64,000 bases of DNA from Geopsychrobacteraceae bacterium (lineage in GTDB: Bacteria > Desulfobacterota > Desulfuromonadia > Desulfuromonadales > Geopsychrobacteraceae): positions 704,001 through 768,000 of the forward strand of contig CAXXTB010000001.1 of assembly GCA_963676795.2 (NCBI GenBank). Direction: 5' to 3'. The translations under genes were made by a program, and so were the position numbers. Positions 19,290 to 28,778 of this stretch are shown here, one piece after another. The notes under the pieces were generated by a model. The model was not told the DNA's origin and made no database searches. It saw only the letters and a program-made list of their open reading frames with translations. Each line of letters begins with the position of its first letter. Position 1 is the first letter of the stretch.

Positions 19290-19477
19290 TGGCGTTACCT
19301 GGCGTAATCTCCGGATGGTAACTCATCTAGGCAGACTGGCTCGGCGCCGGGTCTGCTCAGCAGCAGAGGTCAACCTGCTGAGGGCACACGGCGGGAAGCA
19401 GACAAACACACCCAAGCTCCAAACTATCTCTATCATTTCCTTGGCCCGTAACCGGAATCGGTTACGGGCATTTTTTT
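19290..19477 (+). ncRNA. Candidate structured small RNA or leader (family unknown)
   Basis: Lies between a promoter-like motif and a strong terminator; hairpins GTTACC/GGTAAC, GCAGAC/GTCTGC and TCAGCAG/CTGCTGA; no RBS-led ORF. Confidence 0.4.
19444..19477 (+). terminator. Intrinsic terminator
   Basis: GCCCGTAACCG-GAAT-CGGTTACGGGC followed by ATTTTTTT. Confidence 0.85.
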
Positions 19478-19565
19478 CGGTAAGGTTTCATGCAATACTT
19501 GAATCATGGTTAGCGAAGAGGAAAGATCCTCTTGATAGCTGTGAATGCTGCGGGGAGGTAACTCG

Positions 19566-20387
19566 ATGAGCTTTTATTCGCGCACTAAAAACAGGCTTCT
19601 GGCGCTGGCGACGACGCGCTTCCCGGTCGTCGCCAGACGCTTTGCGGCTGCTTATCAGCCGCAGGAAACAACAGGGGCTATCCCCTGGACCCGTCCGGCA
19701 TCCCCCCTCAGTCAGGCTAAGCTGGCTCTGGTCACGACGGCAGGAATTCACCATCGGGATCAGCTTCCTTTTGACATGCGGGACAAGAACGGTGATCCCA
19801 GCTTTCGTGAGATCCGTGGCAGGGATATTTTCAACGACTTTCAGATTACCCATGACTATTACGATCACTCGGATGCCCGCAAGGATCCGAACATCATCTT
19901 GCCTCTCGACCGGCTTCGAGAACTTGTCGCTGAAGGGCTCATCGGCTCTCTGGCAGAGATCCATTATGCCTTCATGGGGCATATCGACGGAGAGCACATC
20001 AAAACGTTTGTTGGCGGGAGTGCGCAACTGCTGATCAAGAGCCTGCAGGCGCAGGAGGTTGATATTGTCCTGCTCACCCCTGCCTGAGGAATCTGCAACC
20101 AATCCGTGGGATTGGTTCAAAGGGAAATAGAGCGGGCCGGAATTGCCACGGTCGGGATTTCCATCGTGCGCGAGTACTCGGAAAAGATCAGACCGCCGCG
20201 GACGGTCTCGCTGCGCTGGCCATTCGGGCACCCCGTCGGTGAACCGTTCAATGTCGCTCAGCAACGTACCATTGTCTGTGCCGCCCTGGCGGCGCTTTAC
20301 CAGATCGAGGAACCGGGGACGATAATCGACCTGCCCTATCGCTGGAAACGGGAAACCTATGATCCTGCGCGGATCCCGGAGCTGTAG
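19566..20387 (+). CDS. PrdB/GrdB-like selenoprotein (D-proline/glycine reductase selenoprotein B family), Sec at TGA 20085-20087
   Basis: ORFs 19545-20087 and 20106-20387 are in the same frame and joined by VLLTPA-TGA-GICNQSVGLVQREIERAGIATV (U-x-x-C). Also LALVTTAG and DPNIILPLDRLREL motifs; GGAGG RBS before ATG at 19566. Confidence 0.88.
20085..20120 (+). promoter_or_regulatory. Bacterial SECIS-like hairpin
   Basis: AACCAATCC-GTG-GGATTGGTT: a 9-bp stem starting 9 nt after the in-frame TGA, with a G-led apical loop. Confidence 0.75.
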
Positions 20388-20482
20388 AAGGTTCTATGTT
20401 TCCTGGTCGTCAAGTATTCTGCCTGACGGCAGATCATTGGCGGGCTGCGCGACGCACTATCGGGCACGCGAAAGAAGGGCGT

Positions 20483-21844
20483 TCAGTCGATACCGAATTC
20501 TTTGAGTTTGTACATCAGCGAACGCAGACTGATCTCCAGCAGCTGGGCTGCCTGGGTCCGGTTGCCTTCGGTTTTTTTCAGCGCCTTACGGATATACTCC
20601 TCCTCAAGGCGCCGGGTCGCGATTTTGAGCGAATACTCTTCCGGATCAAACTGATCGGGTCTGGCTTGTCTGGTACGTAGCGGGGGGAGTTCCAGGGTTT
20701 CGCCATGGCTGAAAATCAGTGCTTTCTCCAAGTAGTTTTCCAGCTCCCTGACATTGCCCGGCCAGTGGTAGTGCATCAGGATTGCGGTATCCTCTGCCGT
20801 CAGTTGCGGAACCTTACGCTGCTCCCGCAGACAGATCCGCTCGACAAAATAGCGGGCCAACAGGGGAATATCGTCAACCCGGTCACGCAGGGGCGGTAGC
20901 TCGATATCGACGACGGCCAGGCGATAATAGAGATCGTTGCGGAAGTTATTTTCGGCCACGGCGTCCTGCAGGCTTTTTCCGGATGCTGCGATCACCCGGG
21001 TGTTGATCTTTTCGGCTCTGGTGGCGCCGACCTTGCGCACTTCCCCCTCCTGCAGAACGCGCAGCAGTTTCGGCTGCAGTTCCAGGGGCAGATCGGCAAT
21101 CTCATCGAGAAACAGGGTGCCGCCGCTGGCGATGGAGAAGAGTCCCTCCTTGTCGCGGTCGGCTCCGGTAAAGGCGCCCTTTTTGTGGCCGAACAGCTCA
21201 CTTTCCAGCAGGCCTGAGGTGATGGCGCTGCAGTTGATGGCCAGGAACTGTCCTTTGCGACCGCTGCAACTGTGCAGGGCCTTGGCGATCAGTTCCTTGC
21301 CGGTGCCGGTCTCGCCATGGATCAGCACGGAGGACTCCGATTTTCCGGCGGCCTGCACCAGCCTGAGGACCTGCTTCATCGCTTCGCTGCAATGCACGAT
21401 ATCATCACAGGAGAACGGCTTTCCCTTGCTGTTCAGCGCCTGTCGCAGTTCGCTGTTCTCCTGTCTCAGGGTCTGGCGTTCTTCCGCCTTGCGCAGGGTG
21501 AGGATCACTTCATCCGGTTTGAATGGTTTGGAGATGTAGTCGTAGGCGCCGCGTTTCATGCACTCAAGGGCGGTTTCAACACTGCCGTAGGCGCTCATCA
21601 TGATGATGGTGGTATTGAGATTGCGGATTTCAGGCTGGTCGAGGAAGGTCAGGCCATCCATGTCCGGCATACGGATATCTGAGAGGATAACGTCAAACTT
21701 TTCCCTGTAGGTCAGGTTGATCGCTTCTGCGCCATTGCGGGCTTCGGTGACTCTGAATCTGTGCTGTTCGAGGACCAGGCGCAGCATATGGCGCATCGAC
21801 GCTTCATCATCAACAATCAGCAGGTTTCGAAATTGCTCAGCCAT
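20483..21844 (-). CDS. sigma54-dependent response regulator (REC-AAA+-HTH)
   Basis: DIRMP receiver, GETGTGKE, ESELFGHKKGAFTGA, WPGNVREL and C-terminal Fis-type HTH. Confidence 0.95.
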   Translation of the reverse strand: MAEQFRNLLIVDDEASMRHMLRLVLEQHRFRVTEARNGAEAINLTYREKFDVILSDIRMPDMDGLTFLDQPEIRNLNTTIIMMSAYGSVETALECMKRGAYDYISKPFKPDEVILTLRKAEERQTLRQENSELRQALNSKGKPFSCDDIVHCSEAMKQVLRLVQAAGKSESSVLIHGETGTGKELIAKALHSCSGRKGQFLAINCSAITSGLLESELFGHKKGAFTGADRDKEGLFSIASGGTLFLDEIADLPLELQPKLLRVLQEGEVRKVGATRAEKINTRVIAASGKSLQDAVAENNFRNDLYYRLAVVDIELPPLRDRVDDIPLLARYFVERICLREQRKVPQLTAEDTAILMHYHWPGNVRELENYLEKALIFSHGETLELPPLRTRQARPDQFDPEEYSLKIATRRLEEEYIRKALKKTEGNRTQAAQLLEISLRSLMYKLKEFGID

Positions 21845-22069
21845 ATCCGTCGTTTTCAATTAAATGATCCTTCATGAGAAGGAAAGATTGACATTGTCTT
21901 TTTATAGGTTATTTTTAATAAATTGAGGTTCAGGAATCAACTGTTATCTTGGCAAACTGTCTGTAATCTGTCGTTTATCGTCTTATAACCTGGTCGATTT
22001 ATTCGTAAACCGGTCGTAGGGATAAAGTGCAGGATATCTCTTCTGCCGGTTCAGAGAGCTGCAGATCAA

Positions 22070-23164
22070 ATGAAAAGTTCAGCACTGTATTGCCAGCAGT
22101 CGGACCTCTGTCCGATTGGCCAAGGCCCCTGTCCCGGTGTCTGTGTCTACGCAGATATCTTTGAGAACATCGATCTGGGTATCATCGTTTTCGATATGCA
22201 CTCAGCCGGTATCCTGTTTGCCAATCGCTGTGCCGAAGATCTGATCGGTGCCGGTATCGGCCCGCATAATTTTCAGCATCTCAAATCCCTGTTCCTCGAC
22301 CGCTTGCAGTGCCCGATCCCCGATCTGGTCGGTCATTCCTACGATATTCAACTGGATGACAAACTGCTCGGTTATACCTTTTATCCGGTTTCCGATGAGC
22401 GCTTTCTGTGGATGTTCATGCGCAATATCACCGAGAAGATGCGTTTTGAATCGGTGGCTAACGCTGTCAGCACCATGGATAATCTCGGCTACGTGTTCTC
22501 CGGAATCAGACACGAAATCGGCAACCCGCTCAATTCTGCGAAAATGGCCTTGACGGTACTGCGTGAGAGCTTTCATGACTTCTCCCGTGCGGAGGCGTTG
22601 GAGTTTGTTGACCGTTCGCTGGAAGAGCTGCAGCGCGTCGAGTTTCTGCTGCGCAGCCTGCGCAATCTCAATATGTATGAAAAGTCGCAGCCTGAAAATG
22701 TTCATTTCCCGCACTTTCTTGACCGTTTTGTCTCGTTGGTCTGGGAAGATTTTTCCCAAAAAGGGATCACCATCAATACTGCATTTCATCCTCAGGCCAA
22801 ATGGGCCCTGGTTGATCCGCGTTCACTGCAGCAGGTCCTGCTCAATATCTTTACCAATGCGGCCGATGCGCTTGAAGAGAGCGTTGAGCGGACCATCGAG
22901 CTCAGTACCCGCGCCGGTCAGGGGTTTCTCTGGGTGAGGATCGTTGACAGCGGCTGCGGGATCAGTGCTGAAGAACTGGCCGAGATTTTCAAGCCGTTCT
23001 ATACAACCAAGGTGCAGGGGACCGGGTTGGGGCTGGTCATCTGTCGCAAGATGCTGGCTCAGATGAACTGTACCATAGAAATCAGCAGTACATTGGGGCA
23101 GGGAACCAGGGTCGAGATATCTATCCCAGAGGGGCAGGCTGATGACGTCGAACAGGAATCGTAA
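22070..23164 (+). CDS. Cytoplasmic PAS sensor histidine kinase
   Basis: H-box RHEIGNPLN, QVLLNIFTNAADA, DSGCG, GTGLGL; no TM segment; Cys-rich N-terminus. Confidence 0.9.
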   Translation: MKSSALYCQQSDLCPIGQGPCPGVCVYADIFENIDLGIIVFDMHSAGILFANRCAEDLIGAGIGPHNFQHLKSLFLDRLQCPIPDLVGHSYDIQLDDKLLGYTFYPVSDERFLWMFMRNITEKMRFESVANAVSTMDNLGYVFSGIRHEIGNPLNSAKMALTVLRESFHDFSRAEALEFVDRSLEELQRVEFLLRSLRNLNMYEKSQPENVHFPHFLDRFVSLVWEDFSQKGITINTAFHPQAKWALVDPRSLQQVLLNIFTNAADALEESVERTIELSTRAGQGFLWVRIVDSGCGISAEELAEIFKPFYTTKVQGTGLGLVICRKMLAQMNCTIEISSTLGQGTRVEISIPEGQADDVEQES

Positions 23165-24500
23165 ATTACTGATTATCGATGATGACCGGATGCTCTGTGA
23201 TCTGGTTCAGCGTTTTCTGAAGCATGACCGGCTGACCGTCTGGGCGGTCCACAGCGGGACGGCCGGGGTGGGGTTCTGTCAACAGGAGCCGATCGATATC
23301 GTGTTGCTCGATCAGAAGCTGCCCGATGGAGAAGGGCGGAGTTTCTGCGCCGATATTCTCAAGAGCAACGAGCAGACCAAGATCATTTTTATTACGGCAT
23401 TTCCAAGCTTTGAGAATGCGGTCAAGGGGATTCAATCCGGGGCTCACGACTATCTGGCCAAGCCGTTTGAAATGGACGAGCTGCGTCTGACCGTCGATTT
23501 GGCACTGCGCACCCTTGATCTTGAGAGCTGTGTTCAGCTGCAGCATTACAAACGCAGTCGGGAAAAAGACCAGAGTGTGCTGATCGACAGTGGCGGACTG
23601 GATGCCTCCCAACTTATTGCGCAGCGCGCGGCACAGTCTGAAGCGCCGGTGATTATAAGCGGGGAGACCGGAACCGGAAAGAGCGTCATGGCCCGTCACA
23701 TCCATTTCCGCAGCGAGCGAAAGGATGGCACTTTTTTGAGTATCAACTGTGCGGCTCTGCCGGAGAACCTGATCGAAGCGGAGCTGTTTGGTGCGGAAAA
23801 GGGCGCTTTTACCGGAGCCGAGGAATGCCGTAAGGGGATTTTTGAAATGGCCGATGGTGGCACCCTGCTGCTGGATGAAATCGGTGAAATGCCGCTGCAC
23901 CTGCAGGCCAAGCTGCTGAATGTCCTTGAAGAGAGACAGCTGCGGCGGCTGGGCGGTTCGCGCCAGATTCCCGTCGATGTCCGGATCATCGCCGCGACCA
24001 ACAGCGATCTGGAGGTTGCGGTGAGGAATCACGCTTTTCGTGAGGATCTCTATTTCCGCCTGAACGTATTGCGCCTGCATCTGCCACCGTTACGCGAGAG
24101 GCGTCAGGATATCCCCGAACTGTGCCGTCATTTTCTTGAGCTGTTGACCCTGGGACGCAATATTGAGCTTGCGGAGGCTGAGATCTCTATGTTGATCAAT
24201 TACCCATGGCCGGGGAATGTCCGTGAGCTGAAGAATATTATCGAGCGTGCTGTCATCTTCCATGAAAACGGGACGATCTACCCGTCGCGCCTGCTAACTC
24301 GGCGCCCTGGTCCTGCCGCAGTGGCTTCCTCTACCTGTCAGATAAACGACATCCTGCCCCTCGAGGAGATGATCCGCAACTACACCCTCTGTGTCCTTGA
24401 GCAGATGGAGGGTAATATCACCCGAACCTCCAGGGCTCTGGATGTCCCCCTTTCAACACTGAAGCGCAGGCTCAAATCCTATCATCTCGGCAGTGACTGA
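23142..24500 (+). CDS. sigma54-dependent response regulator (REC-AAA+-HTH)
   Basis: LLDQKLPD, GETGTGKS, EAELFGAEKGAFTGA and WPGNVREL; overlaps the kinase stop. Confidence 0.95.
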   Translation: MTSNRNRKLLIIDDDRMLCDLVQRFLKHDRLTVWAVHSGTAGVGFCQQEPIDIVLLDQKLPDGEGRSFCADILKSNEQTKIIFITAFPSFENAVKGIQSGAHDYLAKPFEMDELRLTVDLALRTLDLESCVQLQHYKRSREKDQSVLIDSGGLDASQLIAQRAAQSEAPVIISGETGTGKSVMARHIHFRSERKDGTFLSINCAALPENLIEAELFGAEKGAFTGAEECRKGIFEMADGGTLLLDEIGEMPLHLQAKLLNVLEERQLRRLGGSRQIPVDVRIIAATNSDLEVAVRNHAFREDLYFRLNVLRLHLPPLRERRQDIPELCRHFLELLTLGRNIELAEAEISMLINYPWPGNVRELKNIIERAVIFHENGTIYPSRLLTRRPGPAAVASSTCQINDILPLEEMIRNYTLCVLEQMEGNITRTSRALDVPLSTLKRRLKSYHLGSD

Positions 24501-24507
24501 AGGTTCA

Positions 24508-24558
24508 ATCCGGACCGGTTCAAAATGACCCACTATTCCATTTTGAACCGGTCCGGAT
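24508..24558. promoter_or_regulatory. Inverted repeat, probable enhancer-binding-protein sites
   Basis: 20-bp perfect arms ATCCGGACCGGTTCAAAATG/CATTTTGAACCGGTCCGGAT, built from GGTTCA-N3-TGA(A)CC-like units, about 80-130 bp upstream of a sigma54 motif. Confidence 0.55.
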
Positions 24559-24636
24559 GATTCTGATTTGGTGGCGATTATTTCTCTTACTTTCTATCTC
24601 TCTGAAAATAAACAATAAATCTTTTCCATGCCAAGT

Positions 24637-24652
24637 TGGAACGGGCTTTGCT
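24637..24652 (+). promoter_or_regulatory. sigma54 (-24/-12) promoter
   Basis: TGGAAC-GGGCT-TTGCT with GG and GC at the exact 12-nt spacing. Confidence 0.75.
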
Positions 24653-24686
24653 CTAGCTCTTCATAAAAGACCACATGGAGTGATGA

Positions 24687-25853
24687 ATGAAGCAGGTTCT
24701 GATTGTCGATGATGAAAAGAAATTTCTTCTCAGCCTGGTCCCGGGACTGGAAAACCGCTTGAAAAACATCAGGGTCCTCACGGCGCACAATGGCGAGGAT
24801 GCCCTCGATGTCCTGAATGCCAATCCGGTGGATCTTCTTGTCACCGATCTGAAGATGCCGAAGATGGATGGCTTCGAACTGCTTGCCAGTATGAAAAAGG
24901 GCTATCCCCATATTCCGGTCATCGTCATGACCGCTTTCGGGACGCCGGAAATTGAAGAGGAATTGCAGGGCTATGGGGCGGTCCAGTATCTGGAAAAACC
25001 GACAGATCTGGAAACGATGACGGAAAAAATCAGGACCAGCCTGAGCGCTGTCGCCAAAGGCTTTGTCGAAGGGATTACCCTGCCGACCTTTGCTCAGTTG
25101 ATTGAGCTGGAAAAGAAAACCTGTACCTTGCAGGTTGCCAGCGAGGCAAGCTCCGGAGCTGTCTATTTTGTTGAAGGGCAACTGTTCGATGCCTGCTGCG
25201 ACAATGCCAGGGGAGATAAGGCGGCGCTTGAAATCTTCACCTGGGATGAGGTCGAGATCAAGATGCTGCCGGGCAAGAGCAAACTGGAAAGGCAGATCAC
25301 CATGCCACTCAATCAGGTTCTGCTGGAGGCTTTACGGCTTCTGGATGAGAAGACCCGGAGAAGAAAACGGGGGAAAAATGAAAATGCCGTACCTGTGGCA
25401 ACGCAGCCAGTAGGTGCAGAACAACAACAGCAGTTAAATCATAAGGAGAAATGGATTATGACGATTCAGGAAAAGCTCAAAGACTTCAAATCGATCGATG
25501 GTTTTGTTGGCGTCGGGATTTTCACTCCGTCCGGTGAGTCGCTGGCTCTGTTGACCGTTGACCCGAAAGACAACTCCAAGGAGGTCGGCATTCTGTCCAA
25601 CACCATGTTGCTGAATGCGCAGAAGATGTCCCGTGAAGTCGGGATCGGTCAGGCCAATCTGGTTCATATCGAGGCTGACCATGCCCATGTTTTTGCCCGT
25701 TGTCTGAATGAAGGAAGCGATCCGGTCAAGTCGGAACCGGGTAAGGCGCATATCCATATGGTTCTTGTCCTGAATGAGGACAGTGGGGTCGGTCTTGCAA
25801 AAATGAAAATGGAAAAGACCATCAGGCAGTTTGCTGAAGAGTTCAGGATGTAA
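24687..25853 (+). CDS. Response regulator: REC + DUF4388/PATAN + C-terminal Roadblock/LC7-like domain
   Basis: VLIVDDE...TDLKMP...EKP; GITLPTFAQLIELEKKTCTL...GAVYFVEGQLFDA (PATAN-like); C-terminal IDGFVGVGIFTPSGE...GLAKMKM. Confidence 0.8.
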   Translation: MKQVLIVDDEKKFLLSLVPGLENRLKNIRVLTAHNGEDALDVLNANPVDLLVTDLKMPKMDGFELLASMKKGYPHIPVIVMTAFGTPEIEEELQGYGAVQYLEKPTDLETMTEKIRTSLSAVAKGFVEGITLPTFAQLIELEKKTCTLQVASEASSGAVYFVEGQLFDACCDNARGDKAALEIFTWDEVEIKMLPGKSKLERQITMPLNQVLLEALRLLDEKTRRRKRGKNENAVPVATQPVGAEQQQQLNHKEKWIMTIQEKLKDFKSIDGFVGVGIFTPSGESLALLTVDPKDNSKEVGILSNTMLLNAQKMSREVGIGQANLVHIEADHAHVFARCLNEGSDPVKSEPGKAHIHMVLVLNEDSGVGLAKMKMEKTIRQFAEEFRM

Positions 25854-25865
25854 GTCGTAACGGAC

Positions 25866-25911
25866 ATCAAAAAAGCCCTTGTCTCCATAAGGAGACAAGG
25901 GCTTTTTTGAT
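25866..25911. terminator. Bidirectional intrinsic terminator
   Basis: AAAAAAGCCCTTGTCTCC-ATAA-GGAGACAAGGGCTTTTTT between convergent genes. Confidence 0.9.
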
Positions 25912-25928
25912 CCTGCTCCGAGAAGACG

Positions 25929-26399
25929 TCAGTTGCGCAGGGTCGCGATCAATCGCTGCGGTTTCTGGAGCAGCCTTAGCGCCGCGACGATGTCGGTGGT
26001 GACAACTGTGGCTGCGTCCAGGGTCACTTTTGCCGCCCCTTCTTGCTGGATGACGGCAATACCGAGGGCCGATTCCTTGAGCATCAGCCAGTCGTTACGG
26101 CCGTTGCCGATGGCCACGACCGACTCAGGGCCGAGAGCCAGCACGTACTTCAGCTTCTCCAGATCCTGGGATTCGCCGGGAATTACAATCCGCTGGCAGG
26201 GCAGGCCGCCAAGTTGCTGTCTTGAGCTGCCGAATGTGTCAGCGGTGATGACGTGGATTTTCAGCTCTGATGCCAGGGCTTGCAAAACGGCAGCAACCCC
26301 GGGGAGGAGTACCCCGTCTTCCGCCAGGGTACCGTTGTAGTCGAGTACCAGATTTTCCAGTTTGAGGCATTCGTCCCCTGGAATATCAATAGTCAGCAT
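25929..26399 (-). CDS. HAD-family hydrolase (soluble P-type ATPase-like)
   Basis: DYNGTLA, TADTFG and AIGNGRND motifs. Confidence 0.85.
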   Translation of the reverse strand: MLTIDIPGDECLKLENLVLDYNGTLAEDGVLLPGVAAVLQALASELKIHVITADTFGSSRQQLGGLPCQRIVIPGESQDLEKLKYVLALGPESVVAIGNGRNDWLMLKESALGIAVIQQEGAAKVTLDAATVVTTDIVAALRLLQKPQRLIATLRN

Positions 26400-26444
26400 A
26401 GTAACCTTTCGTGGTTCGTTGAACTGAGCCCTTGTCGCTCTCGG

Positions 26445-27317
26445 TTATGGGGTCCAGATCTTCAACAGTGCTTCGGCCATTTCTGCCGGTGAATCGGCAA
26501 CGCTGATTCCGCATTCGCGCAGAAAGGCTTTCTTGCTCGCCGCATCTCCCTTGCCGCCGGAGATGATCGCACCGGCATGGCCCATTCTCTTCCCTTTAGG
26601 AGCCGTTGCTCCGGCGATGAAGGCTGCAACCGGCTTGGTCATGTGATCGCGGACGTATTCCGCGGCCCGTTCCTCGGCATCGCCGCCGATTTCACCGATC
26701 ATGATAACGGCTTGGGTCTGTGGGTCGGCTTCAAACATTTTCAACACGTCGAGATGGCTGGTGCCGTTGACCGGGTCGCCGCCGATGCCGACACAGGTAC
26801 TCTGACCGATATCGCGGCTGGTCAACTGCCAGACCGCTTCGTAGGTCAGTGTCCCGGAACGGGAGATGACGCCGACTGGACCCGGCTTGTGGATATAGCC
26901 TGGCATGATGCCGATCTTGCATTCTCCGGGGGTGATGACACCCGGACAATTGGGACCAATCAGGCGGGCGTTCTTGCCTTGCATGTACTGCTTGACCTTG
27001 ACCATGTCGAGGACCGGAACCCCTTCGGTGATGCAGATGATCACCTCGATTCCGGCATCGACGGCTTCCATGATGGCGTCAGCGCTGCCGATCGGCGGGA
27101 CATAGATGACCGAGGCGTTGGCGCCGGTCTCTTTGACGGCGTCTTCGACGGTGTTGAAGACCGGGAAGCCGTCGATAACGGTTCCGCCTTTGCCGGGGGT
27201 AACACCTCCAACCATCCGGGTGCCGTAGTCGCGTGCACCTTGAGCATGGAACAGCCCGGTTGCGCCGGTAATCCCCTGGGTAATGACCTTGGTGTCTTTA
27301 TCGATAAGTATGCTCAT
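26445..27317 (-). CDS. sucD: Succinyl-CoA synthetase alpha subunit
   Basis: [21 protein letters not shown] and phospho-His motif MGHAGA. Confidence 0.97.
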   Translation of the reverse strand: MSILIDKDTKVITQGITGATGLFHAQGARDYGTRMVGGVTPGKGGTVIDGFPVFNTVEDAVKETGANASVIYVPPIGSADAIMEAVDAGIEVIICITEGVPVLDMVKVKQYMQGKNARLIGPNCPGVITPGECKIGIMPGYIHKPGPVGVISRSGTLTYEAVWQLTSRDIGQSTCVGIGGDPVNGTSHLDVLKMFEADPQTQAVIMIGEIGGDAEERAAEYVRDHMTKPVAAFIAGATAPKGKRMGHAGAIISGGKGDAASKKAFLRECGISVADSPAEMAEALLKIWTP

Positions 27318-27328
27318 GGAGACTCTCC

Positions 27329-28492
27329 TTAGGCGTTCACGGCTTTGACGATTTTTTCAGCGGCATCGGCCATACCATCGGCACTGACGATGTTCAAGCC
27401 CGATTCTGCAAGCATCTTCTTGCCGATTTCGACGTTGGTCCCTTCCAGGCGAACCACCAAAGGGACACTGAGGCCGACCTGTTTGGCTGCTTCGATGACG
27501 CCGGTCGCGATGACGTCACATTTCATGATACCGCCAAAAATATTGACCAGGATCCCTTTGACCTTGGCGTCGGAGAGGATGATCTTGAAGGCTTCGGTCA
27601 CCCGTTCAACCGTTGCGCCACCGCCGACGTCGAGGAAGTTGGCGGGTTCGCCGCCATAATGTTTGATGATATCCATGGTCGCCATCGCCAGCCCGGCGCC
27701 GTTGACCAGACAGCCGATGTTGCCGTCGAGAGCGATATAGGAGAGATCATGCTGCGAGGCTTCGATCTCCATAGGATCCTCTTCGTCGTAGTCGCGCATG
27801 TCACGGATGCGCGAATGACGGAACAGGGCGTTGTCCTCGAAATTCATCTTGGCGTCGAGACAGAGCAGGTTGCCTTCCCCGGTTAGAACCAGGGGGTTGA
27901 TCTCAAGGAGTGAACAGTCGGTTTCGATGAACGTCTTGTAGAGATTTTGCAGAAGGCTGACGCTCTGCTTGACCTGAGGCATGGAGAAGCCAAGTTTGAA
28001 GGCGACCTTGCGGGCCTGGAATGCGGTCAGGCCGACGAGCGGATTGATCGCTTCAAAGAACAGTTTTTCCGGCGTTTTGGCGGCGACTTCCTCGATATCC
28101 ATGCCGCCTTCCGCCGAGGCCATCAGCGTCACCTTGGAGGTGGCCCGGTCAACCAGGAAGGAGAGGTAGTATTCGTCTGCGATATTGCAGCCTTTTTCAA
28201 TCAGAACCCGTTTGACGACCTTGCCTTCAGGGCCGGTCTGATGGGTAACCAGGGTCATGCCGAACATCTGACGGGCGAGTTTCTTGACCTCGTCGGCACT
28301 CTTGGCGATCTTGACGCCCCCCCCCTTGCCACGGCCACCGGCATGAATCTGAGCCTTCACCGCCCAGGGACCGTCACCAAGCCGTCTGGCCCAGTCACGC
28401 GCCGAATTGCTGTTGTAGACGACATGCCCTTCAGGAACAGGAACACCGAAGTTACGCAGAATTGCTTTGGCTTGATACTCATGAATGTTCAT
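27329..28492 (-). CDS. sucC: Succinyl-CoA synthetase beta subunit
   Basis: [29 protein letters not shown] and [10 protein letters not shown] motifs. Confidence 0.97.
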   Translation of the reverse strand: MNIHEYQAKAILRNFGVPVPEGHVVYNSNSARDWARRLGDGPWAVKAQIHAGGRGKGGGVKIAKSADEVKKLARQMFGMTLVTHQTGPEGKVVKRVLIEKGCNIADEYYLSFLVDRATSKVTLMASAEGGMDIEEVAAKTPEKLFFEAINPLVGLTAFQARKVAFKLGFSMPQVKQSVSLLQNLYKTFIETDCSLLEINPLVLTGEGNLLCLDAKMNFEDNALFRHSRIRDMRDYDEEDPMEIEASQHDLSYIALDGNIGCLVNGAGLAMATMDIIKHYGGEPANFLDVGGGATVERVTEAFKIILSDAKVKGILVNIFGGIMKCDVIATGVIEAAKQVGLSVPLVVRLEGTNVEIGKKMLAESGLNIVSADGMADAAEKIVKAVNA

Positions 28493-28778
28493 CGCACCCT
28501 CTTCGCCAGATCTGATTTTAGGTCTATCTATTCTCCTTAGGTTTTGCTTCTCACCAAGGATAACCTAAACGGGCAGATTTTTCAGCATATAGAGATAATT
28601 GATTTTAAAAAGGGAGAAAAGTGGTCTGAAATCCAAAGGGGGCCGGCGCACCATGCGGGTGCTGATTGGATATATTGGCCGTTTGACGGAGCGTTACAGG
28701 AGAGAGTTTCATTGGCAAAATATCCAGGATTTATAGTATGATGCTGACTTTGTTGAGCTTTCCTCGGTTGCTTGTCTG

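Noticed and set aside
19380..19410. ACACGGCGGGA resembling the guanidine-I (ykkC) riboswitch, and GGAAGCAG resembling SRP RNA
   Set aside because: The required AAAAGCCCGGGAG and CTAGGGTTCCG (ykkC) and CAGGTCCGGAA (SRP) elements are absent; no convincing 6S-type end-to-end stem either.
19222..19569. 115-aa ORF over the candidate RNA
   Set aside because: No RBS, and it runs through a promoter motif and a strong terminator.
20106..20387. Separate 93-aa gene
   Set aside because: It is the C-terminal part of the selenoprotein; its GTG start lies in the SECIS loop and has no RBS.
23166..24080. 304-aa minus-strand ORF (likewise 47262-48263 and 58679-59569)
   Set aside because: Antisense shadows of well-supported genes.
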